Shown here: piece by piece, positions 34,134 through 44,243 of the stretch
How positions within the stretch are numbered: the stretch's first letter is position 1
How the letters are laid out: every line of letters begins with the position of its first letter
IMG/VR virus record: IMGVR_UViG_3300025602_000002
Span: 102,718 to 166,717 of that record
Source of the DNA: a virus
Lineage: Duplodnaviria > Heunggongvirae > Uroviricota > Caudoviricetes
Strand: one strand, 5' to 3'
DNA length: 64,000 nucleotides
The notes under the pieces: model-generated
Seen by the model: the letters and a program-made list of their open reading frames with translations, nothing else
Told to the model about the DNA's origin: nothing
The model's database searches: none
Position numbers and translations under genes: made by a program

Positions 34134-36913
34134 CTACTCCTTGTATTTTAACGTGTCTACTTCGTCTGGAATCCACCAATCGTAGTAATATTCATTATCA
34201 AACTGAACGTGATTGACCCACAAGTTGTACTCGCGTGCAGCCATCTCCGAACTGTTTTCCATTTTATGATGAACTAGGTCTCTAGATATCCATATACTGG
34301 CAAATAAACAGAATACTGCTATTAACTCCCAATATATAGCTTCTGTTTTCCATCTTGGTAATCCAATTGCTTGAAAATACCACGGTACTAAAAAACATAT
34401 AACTAGAAATCCTACTATCCATGATAACATCTTAACCTCCTTCCATTTTTCTTAATTCTTTAAAGCTTCGCCTTTAATTATTTGTTCTATAATCATTCCA
34501 GAATATTCTTCATCCTGATTTACAACCCAATAATTAGGTGCTGCTTCTCTTCCTGTTTTCTCTCTATATTTTTGTATTTTTATTATTATTGCCTGCAGAA
34601 CTAAGCGTTCATCAGGCTCTAGACCTTTGTCAATATCTTCAGTTTTCAGTATTAGGAATAAGTTGTCTTTTATGTTTACTGTACTCATCGGTCTAGATGG
34701 TTAGTTGTTTTATGCTTCTGCCTCTATTCCTGAGCTGGCAGTTGCTCGTTCGATACTAATTGTATCTATTGCTTCTCCGTCGTCTAAAGCTATAGCAGCC
34801 CTTACTAACGACTCAAGTTCGTACATGGTTACCGGTAAACAGGCTCCCAATCGATCTTCTTGATTTTTATGATGCACTACTTTTAATAAGTTTTGCATTA
34901 ACTTCATGTTATCTCCTTTTTCTTATACCTTATTTATTGTTATATTTTTGGCGTTCGCTGTTAGCTAATGCCGAGTATCTACTGGCATAATCCATTGAAA
35001 GTTTTTCAGATACGAAACTAGCCATATTTAAATGTTGAGAAAAGGAAACCATCTCTTCTCCAGGAGTAAACCAGAAAACTCTAACTTCTAAGATACCGTC
35101 TGCATTTTTTCTAAGAGAAAGCTCTACTCTATCTGCCTTTGTAAGTTTAAGAATTTGTTGAAGAGGCTTTATGTCGTTCATAATTTTACATCTCTCAGGT
35201 TTTGTCGTAAGATATCTCCTAAAACTACAACATAGTAAATAGTAGTATCCTCAAATAATATTTTAGTGTTTATCCACTTGCGAGTTACATAACTAGAGGC
35301 ATCTTCTTTATAAGTAGCATAAGATACCCCCATGTAGAACATCACCTCATCGAACTCTACCGGGATAGTGCCGGGTTCTAACTTCATAAGGACTTCTCCA
35401 CATTTAGGGAGAAATTCTACCTTATATTCTAAGATTTCACCTTTTACTATTTTTCTTAATATTTCAGCATTAGTATAGATCATTAGGGTTTTGTTCATTC
35501 GTTTTACAAAAGTCATTGGGGTGCTCATTCGGAACGGATCCCTCCCATTTTGAAAAAGTCTACATTACTTAACCCGGTAAATTTGAAAGAATCTCTGTCT
35601 TTTTTCGAGTATTTATCGCAGACATAATGTTCCATTTCATCAACAAACTGGTTAAAATCCATTTTGTTGAAATAGTTTATAGTATCAATAGCTTCTTTTA
35701 ATTCGTGAAAGTTATGTTTTATTTTTCTTATTGCACACCCGCCTTTAGTTGTGCGAACTATTTCAGTATTCATGAGTTCTCCCCTTTTGCTTATTATATG
35801 GTTCTTTCAAGTAAAAAAAATCACCTAATTCTGAACATTTTCCTTTTTCTGATTCGGTATAGCAGCATGTCCTATGATATTTATGTTTTTGATATTTCGT
35901 ATGACACACACATTCACAGCTTTCCCATTTTTCTTTTGGTTCTGGTATCTTATCCACCAACCATACCACGAAAGGAGTTTCCCAATAAAAATTACCAGAT
36001 TCTCCGGCTTCATATTGAGCTCTTACATTTTCCTCTCTCAAATACTGTTCCATTAGTTTTGTTAATTTCATTCTTTCTCCTTCGGCTTAATAGACTCAGC
36101 AAGCCTCTTGCCTAGATCTGTAGCGCATCTAACTATGTCGTTAGCCATAATATCTAAATACTGTTGAGTATAATTCTCAGGAATATTAAAACAGAATGAT
36201 TCGTCCTCTTCGTTAACAAAGGATATTGTACCTTCATATCTATCATGTCGTTTATGTTCTTTCTTTTCCCAACCATATCCTTGTTTAAACCTGATACTTA
36301 TATTATCAAGTTTCCAATTATTTTCCATTATTTCTCCTTATTTAGGGTTTAATAGCAACATACAAATCTAAGGCTTTATATATTATTTCGCCTTCTTGTA
36401 AATTCGCCCTCACCTTTTCTTCAATATTGCCCCACTCCATAAGATTTTTATAATTGTATCTTTTGTCATGAAAGAAATTAATACTTTTTAGCAAATCTTT
36501 TTCAATCTGTGTTAAATCATTTTTCATTTAGTCTCCTCCAGTTTCTCTGGTATACTGTTCATATAGGCAATCTAATTCACCTGCTGAAAACTCACAATCT
36601 AACTGAGTTGTCGGTCCATAATGACTTAGATGCCCTTCTTCTATTAACCATTCTATGAAGTCTTCCATTGTTGTTAGGTCCCCTTGATAAAATATGTTTC
36701 TTTGTGCCAATATGGGCTTTCTTTTACAACACTTCGATTTTTTTGTTTCTTAAAACATTTTTCACATACCCTGTGCTTTTTTGTAGCCATTCCAAAAGTC
36801 CAATAGATCCAGCTATGCCAGCAAAACCACTTTTTTCGTTGCTTAGTATGTAAAATTAGGTCGAGCTCTTCTCTAGTTAGTCTGTAACTTGTTGGGGTGA
36901 AATCAATTACCAT
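34134..36913 (-). other. Run of 11 small minus-strand ORFs (60-124 aa) of unknown function
   Basis: Track ORFs 34134..34430, 34452..34688, 34710..34907, 34930..35181, 35178..35528, 35525..35773, 35763..36071 (Cys/His-rich), 36068..36328, 36342..36527, 36528..36710 and 36674..36913. They are tightly packed, several with ATGA or TAAATG junctions. Confidence 0.4.
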
Positions 36914-37049
36914 ACTATGCTCCTTTATAATAGTTTTTCATCTGTTTATCCATTTTCTGTAGGGTCGTGTATAATTATTGAGTTTCCTTCACTCTTTGTT
37001 TCAACTACCATTCCTACACTTAATTCTAATTTCATTTCTTTTTCACTCC

Positions 37050-37769
37050 TTAATTATTTTCTATTAAATATACATGTTTTTCAATGTAATCTTTACCCCT
37101 AGCTGAGGCAAACACTGGGATATTCATATCTGGGTGGTTATTGTCTATACAGTACCCTTGTCGTCTTAAACTAGAGAAGTCATCAAAATTAATTCCTATC
37201 TTTTTGGATAGAAGATGTTTTATATTCTCAACACTTCTCATGTGAAGTTCTTTCTGAGAGAAATGCTCTCTTCCTACCATCTGGACAGCGTTGCGTATAG
37301 CATCTTGTTGTCTCCAGATATAATAGTTTGTCACTTCATCTTTTGCCAAATTAAAAGCTCTAGCATCAAACTGCACTTTTTCGCCAGTTATTGAATAAAA
37401 GTTAGTGCTTACGATAGCTGCTGTAATTGATACTATTTTCTGTATGGAATTATTGAACCACGACTGTGTGTTATGAGTTTTATAATCCGTTAATAAAAAA
37501 CTGATCTCATCAGATTGACCATAGCAAAACTTTGTTGACTGCATATCTTCCATAGAAGCCCTAGCAGTTTCCATCATATTTGCAGAGAATCCGGTAGACC
37601 ATCCTCTTCCATATAATTTTCTTGTAAGAGTGTGAAACGCTCTACCGTCTACTCTTATTATTACTGGCATTCTTTTGTGAAGCTTGTATTTATAGGTAGC
37701 TTCATAATCTTTCATACGATCACCTAGTGGGGTTCCGTCTCCCATATTATTTAGTCTCCTCTTTTTCAT
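37050..37769 (-). CDS. tRNA-His guanylyltransferase (Thg1)-like protein
   Basis: Thg1 signature motifs IIRVDGRAFH, YGQSDEISF and WRQQDAIRNA. Confidence 0.8.
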   Translation of the reverse strand: MKKRRLNNMGDGTPLGDRMKDYEATYKYKLHKRMPVIIRVDGRAFHTLTRKLYGRGWSTGFSANMMETARASMEDMQSTKFCYGQSDEISFLLTDYKTHNTQSWFNNSIQKIVSITAAIVSTNFYSITGEKVQFDARAFNLAKDEVTNYYIWRQQDAIRNAVQMVGREHFSQKELHMRSVENIKHLLSKKIGINFDDFSSLRRQGYCIDNNHPDMNIPVFASARGKDYIEKHVYLIENN

Positions 37770-37956
37770 CTACGAACTTTACTTGAAAGTTTTTTCCTTC
37801 TACTTGTTTAGTGTGTTCATCACATACATAAAGGAAGCCTATTAAGTGGTTATCTTTATTACGATGCCCCACCATGTGGATGTCCTTTCTAGTTGAAGAG
37901 CATATACAACAACATAGAATATAATCTTTTCCGCTGTTGTTTCCTACTTTACTCAT
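37747..37956 (-). CDS. Small Cys-rich protein
   Basis: 69 aa; CCCICSS...C. Confidence 0.3.
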   Translation of the reverse strand: MSKVGNNSGKDYILCCCICSSTRKDIHMVGHRNKDNHLIGFLYVCDEHTKQVEGKNFQVKFVDEKEETK

Positions 37957-37997
37957 TGTTTTTCATTGTTGTTTTCCTTTTTAGTTAAAAATAGAAA

Positions 37998-38024
37998 GAG
38001 GCGCACAGAATTATCTGGCGCCCC
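37998..38024 (-). terminator. Rho-independent terminator
   Basis: Hairpin GGCGC-ACAGAATTATCTG-GCGCC followed on the minus strand by a T-rich tract. Confidence 0.45.
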
Positions 38025-38032
38025 TAATTATT

Positions 38033-38656
38033 CTATAGTAATCCTTGTCTTTCTGCGATTGCTATAAGTGTTTCATTTGGTACTTTACGATTTCCTATAC
38101 TCAATCCTGTGTCTTCAAAGACTATTACGTCGCCGTCAAGGAATATTAATGGAGTTGTTTTAACATCTAACACTCTGGAACAGAAGCCAGCTCTAAACAA
38201 ATGACCTCCCTCTAATCCCGATTGTAATAACACATCCATGGCGTTTATACCGCGGTAATAACGTGGACCCGACACCTCACATACCGTTGTAACAGTTTCT
38301 ATATATTCGTCCATGTATCCATGCCAACTACGCCATTCTTTATCCGCATGAATACGTGCGAAATCGCCTTCTCTGAAAGCTACTCCATGAGGAGCTTCTG
38401 CTTTTATTCCATTTTGATTAAATAATCCCTGTAGTCCTGAATCAAGTTGTACTCCATATATAGTAATATTTTGGTCCTGGGGATTAATTGCTGAATCCAT
38501 AATTATTCCCAAGTCACCATTAGCTCCTACTGAGTGGTATTCCTGGTATTTATCGAGACCAAGTTTTCTCGCCATTTCTTCATAGCCACTATATTGTTGC
38601 CCAACGTGGGTTATAGACACTAAAGTATTTTTAGGGATTATATTATAGTCAATCAT
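38033..38656 (-). CDS. Paralog family A member 1
   Basis: Shares the C-terminal ...ERQGLL motif and internal similarity with 38657..39064 and 39094..39732. Confidence 0.45.
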   Translation of the reverse strand: MIDYNIIPKNTLVSITHVGQQYSGYEEMARKLGLDKYQEYHSVGANGDLGIIMDSAINPQDQNITIYGVQLDSGLQGLFNQNGIKAEAPHGVAFREGDFARIHADKEWRSWHGYMDEYIETVTTVCEVSGPRYYRGINAMDVLLQSGLEGGHLFRAGFCSRVLDVKTTPLIFLDGDVIVFEDTGLSIGNRKVPNETLIAIAERQGLL

Positions 38657-39064
38657 TTACAGTAAGCCTTGTCGTTCTAGTACAATTTTAATAGTATCAT
38701 TATCGATACATTGGCATCCTACCTGGATATCATCCTCACTAAAGACTACTTCATGTTCACCTATATACAAGGTTTCCTCTTCTATTTCTTCTGGCTCCAC
38801 TCTCATAAGAACGAAGAAAGGATATGAATTACCGTCTGATAACTCTATTCCTGTGTTAGAGTTTTTGCCTAGATTTGTTATTTTAAGGATATGCTCCTCT
38901 TCAACAGCCTCGGTCATCTCATGGATCCAGCTGTCTCCCCAACCCATTTCACCATCTTCAGCTGTTCTAACAACTTTAATAGATTCTCCTACTTCGAAGT
39001 CAGTGGCCTCGCTTAAAGTCATGTAGGCCATACTTAGTTTTGCGCTTGTTTCGCTATTGTTCAT
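38657..39064 (-). CDS. Paralog family A member 2
   Basis: RTAEDGEMGWGDSW and a C-terminal LERQGLL. Confidence 0.45.
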   Translation of the reverse strand: MNNSETSAKLSMAYMTLSEATDFEVGESIKVVRTAEDGEMGWGDSWIHEMTEAVEEEHILKITNLGKNSNTGIELSDGNSYPFFVLMRVEPEEIEEETLYIGEHEVVFSEDDIQVGCQCIDNDTIKIVLERQGLL

Positions 39065-39093
39065 TGTTTGTTTCCTTTATTTTAAAAGATTTA

Positions 39094-39732
39094 TTAGTTT
39101 CTGGCAATGATGCCTTGTTTTTTGGCAACAGTTAATAATTGATCGTTGGATATAGTTAGGTTTCCAACCCTTACATACTCTTTGTGGAAGTGCATAATAG
39201 ATCCATCAAAGACTAGGGCTACGTCTTCCACAAACTCTAAAACAAACCAAGGTACCCAGTACGGGTTATCTCCCTCTAGGTCTTCAATTTCATAACTATT
39301 GTGATCTTTATTAGTAATTCTATATAAATCGCCAACATCACAATCGTCTAATTCTTCAGGCCACTCCTCTGCCCATCCATATTCATCTTCTTCTGCAGTT
39401 CTGACTAATTTTACTAAATTGCCTGTTTTCAGCTCACACTTTGCGTGGTATTCCTCAAAAATTCCATATAATGAGTTAGTGTTTGTATCTGGTTCTAGTA
39501 CAAACCATGGATACCATCTAGTTCCGGCTGGTGTATCTAACATAATTCCCTGTCTAGGGTCTACAGCTGTTACTGTATAAATATGGTCCACTGTACTGTT
39601 CATGTCCGTTGTCCAAACACAGCCGTACCCCATTTCGCCAGTTTTAGCCGTTCTAATGACTCTTACTTTATCCCTGACTCTAATATTGCAGTTTTCAGTA
39701 AATCGTCTATATAATTCTCGTTCGTTAGTCAT
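39094..39732 (-). CDS. Paralog family A member 3 (internally duplicated)
   Basis: Two copies of the RTA(K/E)xGEMGYG / YGWAEEW module and a C-terminal KKQGII motif. Confidence 0.45.
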   Translation of the reverse strand: MTNERELYRRFTENCNIRVRDKVRVIRTAKTGEMGYGCVWTTDMNSTVDHIYTVTAVDPRQGIMLDTPAGTRWYPWFVLEPDTNTNSLYGIFEEYHAKCELKTGNLVKLVRTAEEDEYGWAEEWPEELDDCDVGDLYRITNKDHNSYEIEDLEGDNPYWVPWFVLEFVEDVALVFDGSIMHFHKEYVRVGNLTISNDQLLTVAKKQGIIARN

Positions 39733-39894
39733 TTGACTTTTCCTTATTTTTATTGTTTATAATAAATGTTGTTTATGTTTGATGTCATATATACTTATGG
39801 CTGTGTTTCGCGCTTCGGCGGTGGAAGATCCATAGGTAATACACATTTTTGGTTAGAGACGGTTCCTCGGTTCCTAGACCCAGACTCCGTCAGG

Positions 39895-39934
39895 TTGATA
39901 GCTTGATAGCTTGATAGCTTGATAGCTTGATAGC
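39895..39934. repeat. Tandem repeat (TTGATAGC) x5
   Basis: Five perfect 8-bp units directly abutting the stop of CDS 39935..40897. Confidence 0.8.
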
Positions 39935-40897
39935 TTAGTCAGAAAATAGTTTAGATTCGCCATAGTTGTTATACGTATTATCTATACTGTCATTATGGTC
40001 ATAGTAGTCATCAGCTGGCATTCCAACTGTTTTAATAAAAGCTTCAGATAGCTCAGCATGTGTAGGTATTTTAGGGTTTACTTCTAATGACCATAAGGGA
40101 TATGACCACTTTACTAAACTTTCATCTGCAAATATACTACGTTTGTCGGTAATGTCGAGATTAGGTTTTAACCATACACGAGCATTATGTATATCTACGC
40201 GATCTACAATAGCAAATCTACCAATTGCTTCATCCATATTAGGAATCCAACAAGCTTTAGCTCCCAAATATTCATCTGGCACTTTAGTAACTATCTTTAC
40301 TGAGTCACCAGCGTGTATATAAGACTCTAATAATATTGAGTAAGCTTCTTTTATAGAAAGGTCTTGAAGTACGGCGCCAAATACGCTATCTTCCTCTTTA
40401 CGTACGTCTTCTGCAATTACTTCAGAAATTAACTTAGGAACTAATAAAGAAGTATAATTATTACTACTGCAGACGCTGGTAGTTTCTTCTAATTCTATCT
40501 TCTTTAAGCACCATATAGGGAAATAGCATTTAACTGCTGCTAATATTGTTTCAGTTGTATGTGTAAATATGCCTCTTTCGGAATACCAAATTGGATCTTC
40601 GCATAAAGTTACGCCATTCACGTAGGAACGTCTGTGCCCGAAAGGAGCGTTTGATAGTGTTTCAGGCGAGTCTATTATATGTATACCTTCAACTATAAAT
40701 CTATGCCCTATTGTTACATCCATTTCTGGTATCCAGTCCGTTGACCAGCCTAGCTTTTTACTAATGTCGCTAGTGTCTGAGGGGCTGTTGATTGTGTATG
40801 GATTTAGGACTTCTACTATATCTCCTGGCTTTAGATACGAACTTTGTAAAGTTTCATAAGCCTTTCTTAATATGATATTTTTGGGGGTGTTATTCAT
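39935..40897 (-). CDS. Paralog family A' member (YPLWSL motif)
   Basis: 320 aa; shares the YPLWSL and IGH(R/V)FIV motifs with 40979..41575. Confidence 0.45.
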   Translation of the reverse strand: MNNTPKNIILRKAYETLQSSYLKPGDIVEVLNPYTINSPSDTSDISKKLGWSTDWIPEMDVTIGHRFIVEGIHIIDSPETLSNAPFGHRRSYVNGVTLCEDPIWYSERGIFTHTTETILAAVKCYFPIWCLKKIELEETTSVCSSNNYTSLLVPKLISEVIAEDVRKEEDSVFGAVLQDLSIKEAYSILLESYIHAGDSVKIVTKVPDEYLGAKACWIPNMDEAIGRFAIVDRVDIHNARVWLKPNLDITDKRSIFADESLVKWSYPLWSLEVNPKIPTHAELSEAFIKTVGMPADDYYDHNDSIDNTYNNYGESKLFSD

Positions 40898-40978
40898 ATT
40901 TGTGTTTCCTTTAATATGTTAAGTTAGTGTGTTGAATTAATATTGTTTATTATTCTGAAAGTATAATTTACTATATGT

Positions 40979-41575
40979 TTAAGTAAAGAGAGAAGGGGTT
41001 ACCTCATATCCTTGTGATGGCTTGTTTAATGGTCCATCTTCTGGATAAGTGCAAGATACATCAGCTGGCTTTGGAGGAGCCAAGGTGCCATCTTTGTCAA
41101 CAACAAAATTTAAGTCTATATATTCAATTGATTGTCTCATTTGTATGCTTACATTTATAGAATCTATTTGTTCTATCATATTTTTATCTAATGTTGTACT
41201 TAGATTTCTACGAATTTCATTACTTACAGCTTTGAGTACATCTGGGTTTTTTGGATACATTGGATGTGGAGGTACTATCTTTTGTAGACTCCATAGCGGG
41301 TATAGATAGTTACTAGCGTAGTCAATTGCTTCGTACTCCTCAGTATCTACGGTATCTTTTAATATAATACTATATTTTGGATGCATCTTAAGAGATATAC
41401 CGCTATATTCTAATTTGTTTACGATAAATACATGACCTATTGCTGGGTGCATATAGTATTCCCAGGAATATGGGTTCCCTGCAAAGTGGCGTGATGTTCG
41501 GTGAGTAACTAGTACTACATCACCGGTTTTTAAATAGGAGTTATATAATGAAGTATATTCGGACGTGTGTGTCAT
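40979..41575 (-). CDS. Paralog family A' member
   Basis: Track ORF 40979..41806 trimmed to the internal Met (MTHTSEY...) because the N-terminal 77 residues are a low-complexity read-through of the iteron region. Confidence 0.4.
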   Translation of the reverse strand: MTHTSEYTSLYNSYLKTGDVVLVTHRTSRHFAGNPYSWEYYMHPAIGHVFIVNKLEYSGISLKMHPKYSIILKDTVDTEEYEAIDYASNYLYPLWSLQKIVPPHPMYPKNPDVLKAVSNEIRRNLSTTLDKNMIEQIDSINVSIQMRQSIEYIDLNFVVDKDGTLAPPKPADVSCTYPEDGPLNKPSQGYEVTPSLFT

Positions 41576-41654
41576 TTTAGTGAGTTCCTGGTTAATTTTG
41601 ATTGTAATTTTTGTAATAATTTGTGTGTTTTGGGACAATTTATTGGTAAAAAGA

Positions 41655-41975
41655 GCGCAAAAGTGGTCAAAAGGTGGTTGAAAGTGGTAAGCAATTGGTC
41701 GAAAGTGGTAACGAAAGTGCTCAAAGTGGTAAAGAAAAGTGTAGTTTTGGTAAGACCTATATGTTGTGTAATGGGTATATAGCTTGTGTACGATATAGTT
41801 CTGCACAACATATGGGTAACCTATATAGCTGCTTGCTCTATCTAAAATAGAAATACACTGGCTTTTTTTGATGGTTTTTTTACCACTTTTGATGTTTTGC
41901 TTACCAGTTTGGGGCGTTCGCTTACCACTTTAGGGGGGTTGGCTTACCAGTTTGGGGGTTTTGCTTACCAGTGCC
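41655..41975. repeat. Iteron-like dyad: about 6 direct copies of AAAGTGGTAA (41655-41755), then 5 inverted copies TTACCA(C/G)TTT (41875-41975), around a 120-bp spacer
   Basis: Read directly from the sequence. The opposite orientation of the two arrays suggests a protein-binding origin or regulatory region. Confidence 0.6.
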
Positions 41976-41999
41976 ATTTTGGTCGAAATTGGGTGTAAG

Positions 42000-42660
42000 T
42001 ATAGGTAAATAATAAAGATAAGAGAAAAGTATAAAAAATCCAAACTACACTTTTGAATCCATTACTACACCATTACTACACATAGTAAAAAAATATATGT
42101 ATATATAATAACAATAACTTATTTGGTCTAAACTACGATTACTACGATTACTACGCTTTCTGGAAGGAGAGACACGTCAGCAAATATTTATAAATTGTCG
42201 ATCTCTTTTTTTTCTGATTAAGGACCCTCTAGTTTTGGCCTAAAAGTGTAGTAATGTAGTTTAGTATTGATAAGTGTATGTAAATAAAGAATATATCCAA
42301 ACTACACTTTTGAAAATAGGTGTAGTAACGTGTAGTAATGAAATTGGTAATTGCTATAAATGCTTAAAAATACTGATGTTATAGATAAAAAAAAGTGTAG
42401 TTTAGAATTTGGAAATATTTCCTTAATTAGGATACGCTTGTCTTTTTAGTATATAAATGATGGTGTAAGTGATGGTGTAAATGGTGTTCCGTGCAGGCTA
42501 CAAGCCTACTTTTTCCTAAAGTTAATTACAAGCGGTTTGCTAGCAACCAACTTGTGTTCTCCTTAGTACGCATTATTGATATATATGCTAACGGAACATT
42601 CAGGAAGTTTAATGGCCTTTCGAGAAGAAAAAGATAGCACGGCCAATTACGGCCAATTAT
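42000..42660. repeat. Repeat-rich AT-rich intergenic region
   Basis: An 18-bp exact direct repeat CCAAACTACACTTTTGAA at about 42039 and 42296. Inverted copies AAAAGTGTAGT at about 42252 and 42400. Tandem ATTACTACG x3 at about 42128. GATGGTGTAA x2 at about 42458. GGCCAATTA(C/T) x2 at 42641. Confidence 0.55.
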
Positions 42661-42682
42661 TCTTCTTCAGGATGTAGTAGTA

Positions 42683-43504
42683 TTATTTGGTTGTGGTGTC
42701 TGCTTTTGATACTAAATCTTCAGCACAAGGTACATAGACTGACTCATAAGTTACTGAATCTTGTTTGTTAGCTATGTGAGCTAACCCACGCCAGGCTGCT
42801 TCAGGTAAGTTCATACATCCTAGTTTTCTGATGGTACCGTTTTCTCTGTATCTTATGTTGTATCCGAAAAGCCTTTGAGGTTTTGGGTCTTGTAGGTGTT
42901 TGTAGTTGAACCCTGGATAGAAGAATGTGCTCTTACCCGGAATTAGGTGAGTCTCGTTCTCATACTCATCGCTGTAGTTTTTTAAGGAGTGTATTCGAAA
43001 TATTGGCTCTAAATAAGAGTCCAGAGCGCTATCGATTATTACACATAGCTCGTCATTTCCAACATTTCCAGGTATTTGAACAATATCACCTTCACAAGGA
43101 GTTGTAACTTTTGAGGGGTTGTATAGCTTTCTTATAAGATCTTTAGAAAACATAATTGATCGAGCATCTGTAGCAGAATATACTATAAATGCACCTTTCA
43201 ACATTGCAAACACAAAGTCTTTAGAGCTGAACAACACTTTAGGTACTAACTCTCTGGGGTAGTATATATTAAAGGCTGAGTGAGATAATTTAGCTCCTGA
43301 GCTATATAGTAATAGATGAGGAGTGTCTACAGATACGCTGTCTTGTTGCATTACTGTTACAACATTATTATTGATATCAGTACATATTCGTAGATGACCT
43401 ATTAACTCGTCAATGCTTTGCTGACTAGACATAAGATAATAGAGCCTTGACATATAGTCTTCTACTGCTAGATTAGCTATTTGGGGATGGTCTTTGAGAT
43501 TCAT
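42683..43504 (-). CDS. Paralog family B member 1
   Basis: Shares the NLIRKI, PCEGD and RLFGY motifs with the next two genes. Confidence 0.45.
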   Translation of the reverse strand: MNLKDHPQIANLAVEDYMSRLYYLMSSQQSIDELIGHLRICTDINNNVVTVMQQDSVSVDTPHLLLYSSGAKLSHSAFNIYYPRELVPKVLFSSKDFVFAMLKGAFIVYSATDARSIMFSKDLIRKLYNPSKVTTPCEGDIVQIPGNVGNDELCVIIDSALDSYLEPIFRIHSLKNYSDEYENETHLIPGKSTFFYPGFNYKHLQDPKPQRLFGYNIRYRENGTIRKLGCMNLPEAAWRGLAHIANKQDSVTYESVYVPCAEDLVSKADTTTK

Positions 43505-43505
43505 G

Positions 43506-44222
43506 TTATCCTTTCATTGCGTTTTTTAGAAGTAAGTCCCATAATTTGGGGTCAATATCTTGGCAACCTACATTTGATATAGCATTTCTTTCTTTATTGT
43601 AAGTTGTACAATTACTACCAAATAGAAATTTGGGAGTAGGGTCTTGTAAAAACTCACAATCTAATAGGTCTGTGTACTCTATGCCTATTTCATAATCATC
43701 TACTATTCTAGTACATCTCATCATTAGTTTATTACCCGCTATGCAGGCGTCCAAGATCATAACCATCTCACCAGTTTTAGTTCTTACTACGTCACCTTCA
43801 CAGGGTTGGTTGGTGTGGTCGCTTCGTCGTATTTTTCTAATGAGGTTTTTTGTAAATACCCAGATTTCATCTCCGTGTAGTAATAAGTAGGCTTCTCCTA
43901 TGTCGGCAACAATATAATCGTTTGTTCCATCCTTATCATAAATAATGTTAGGTATGAGGTGTTCAGGGTATGTGTAAGTTTTTAGCTTTTTGATGGGCGC
44001 GAGGTCCCCTATATGAGTTGAGTGCCAGGTTCTATAAGGCAGTTGTTGATTCATAGGGAAGCCGGGTTTAGAGAACCACATAAACACAGCACCCTCCTGA
44101 GTTCGCTGTATTGAGATGTCTTTAAGTTTAAAAGTGTTGTATCCGCTCAGAACTTCGTCATATAAATGCAGATAAGCTTGTACTAAGGATAGATGATATT
44201 TGTTAATAATATGTTGTAGCAT
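43506..44222 (-). CDS. Paralog family B member 2
   Basis: KNLIRKI...PCEGDVV...FLFG motifs. Confidence 0.45.
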   Translation of the reverse strand: MLQHIINKYHLSLVQAYLHLYDEVLSGYNTFKLKDISIQRTQEGAVFMWFSKPGFPMNQQLPYRTWHSTHIGDLAPIKKLKTYTYPEHLIPNIIYDKDGTNDYIVADIGEAYLLLHGDEIWVFTKNLIRKIRRSDHTNQPCEGDVVRTKTGEMVMILDACIAGNKLMMRCTRIVDDYEIGIEYTDLLDCEFLQDPTPKFLFGSNCTTYNKERNAISNVGCQDIDPKLWDLLLKNAMKG

Positions 44223-44243
44223 ATTTATTCCTTTTTTAATAGT

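Noticed and set aside
40979-41806. Full-length 275-aa version of track ORF 40979..41806
   Set aside because: The first 77 residues (YTHYTTYRSYQNYTFLYHFEHFRYHF...) are a translation of the AAAGTGGTAA iteron array. The likely start is the internal Met at 41575.
41575-42682. CRISPR array
   Set aside because: Repeats are 10-18 bp, irregularly spaced, present in both orientations and mixed with other tandem repeats. There are no uniform repeat-spacer units and no cas genes.
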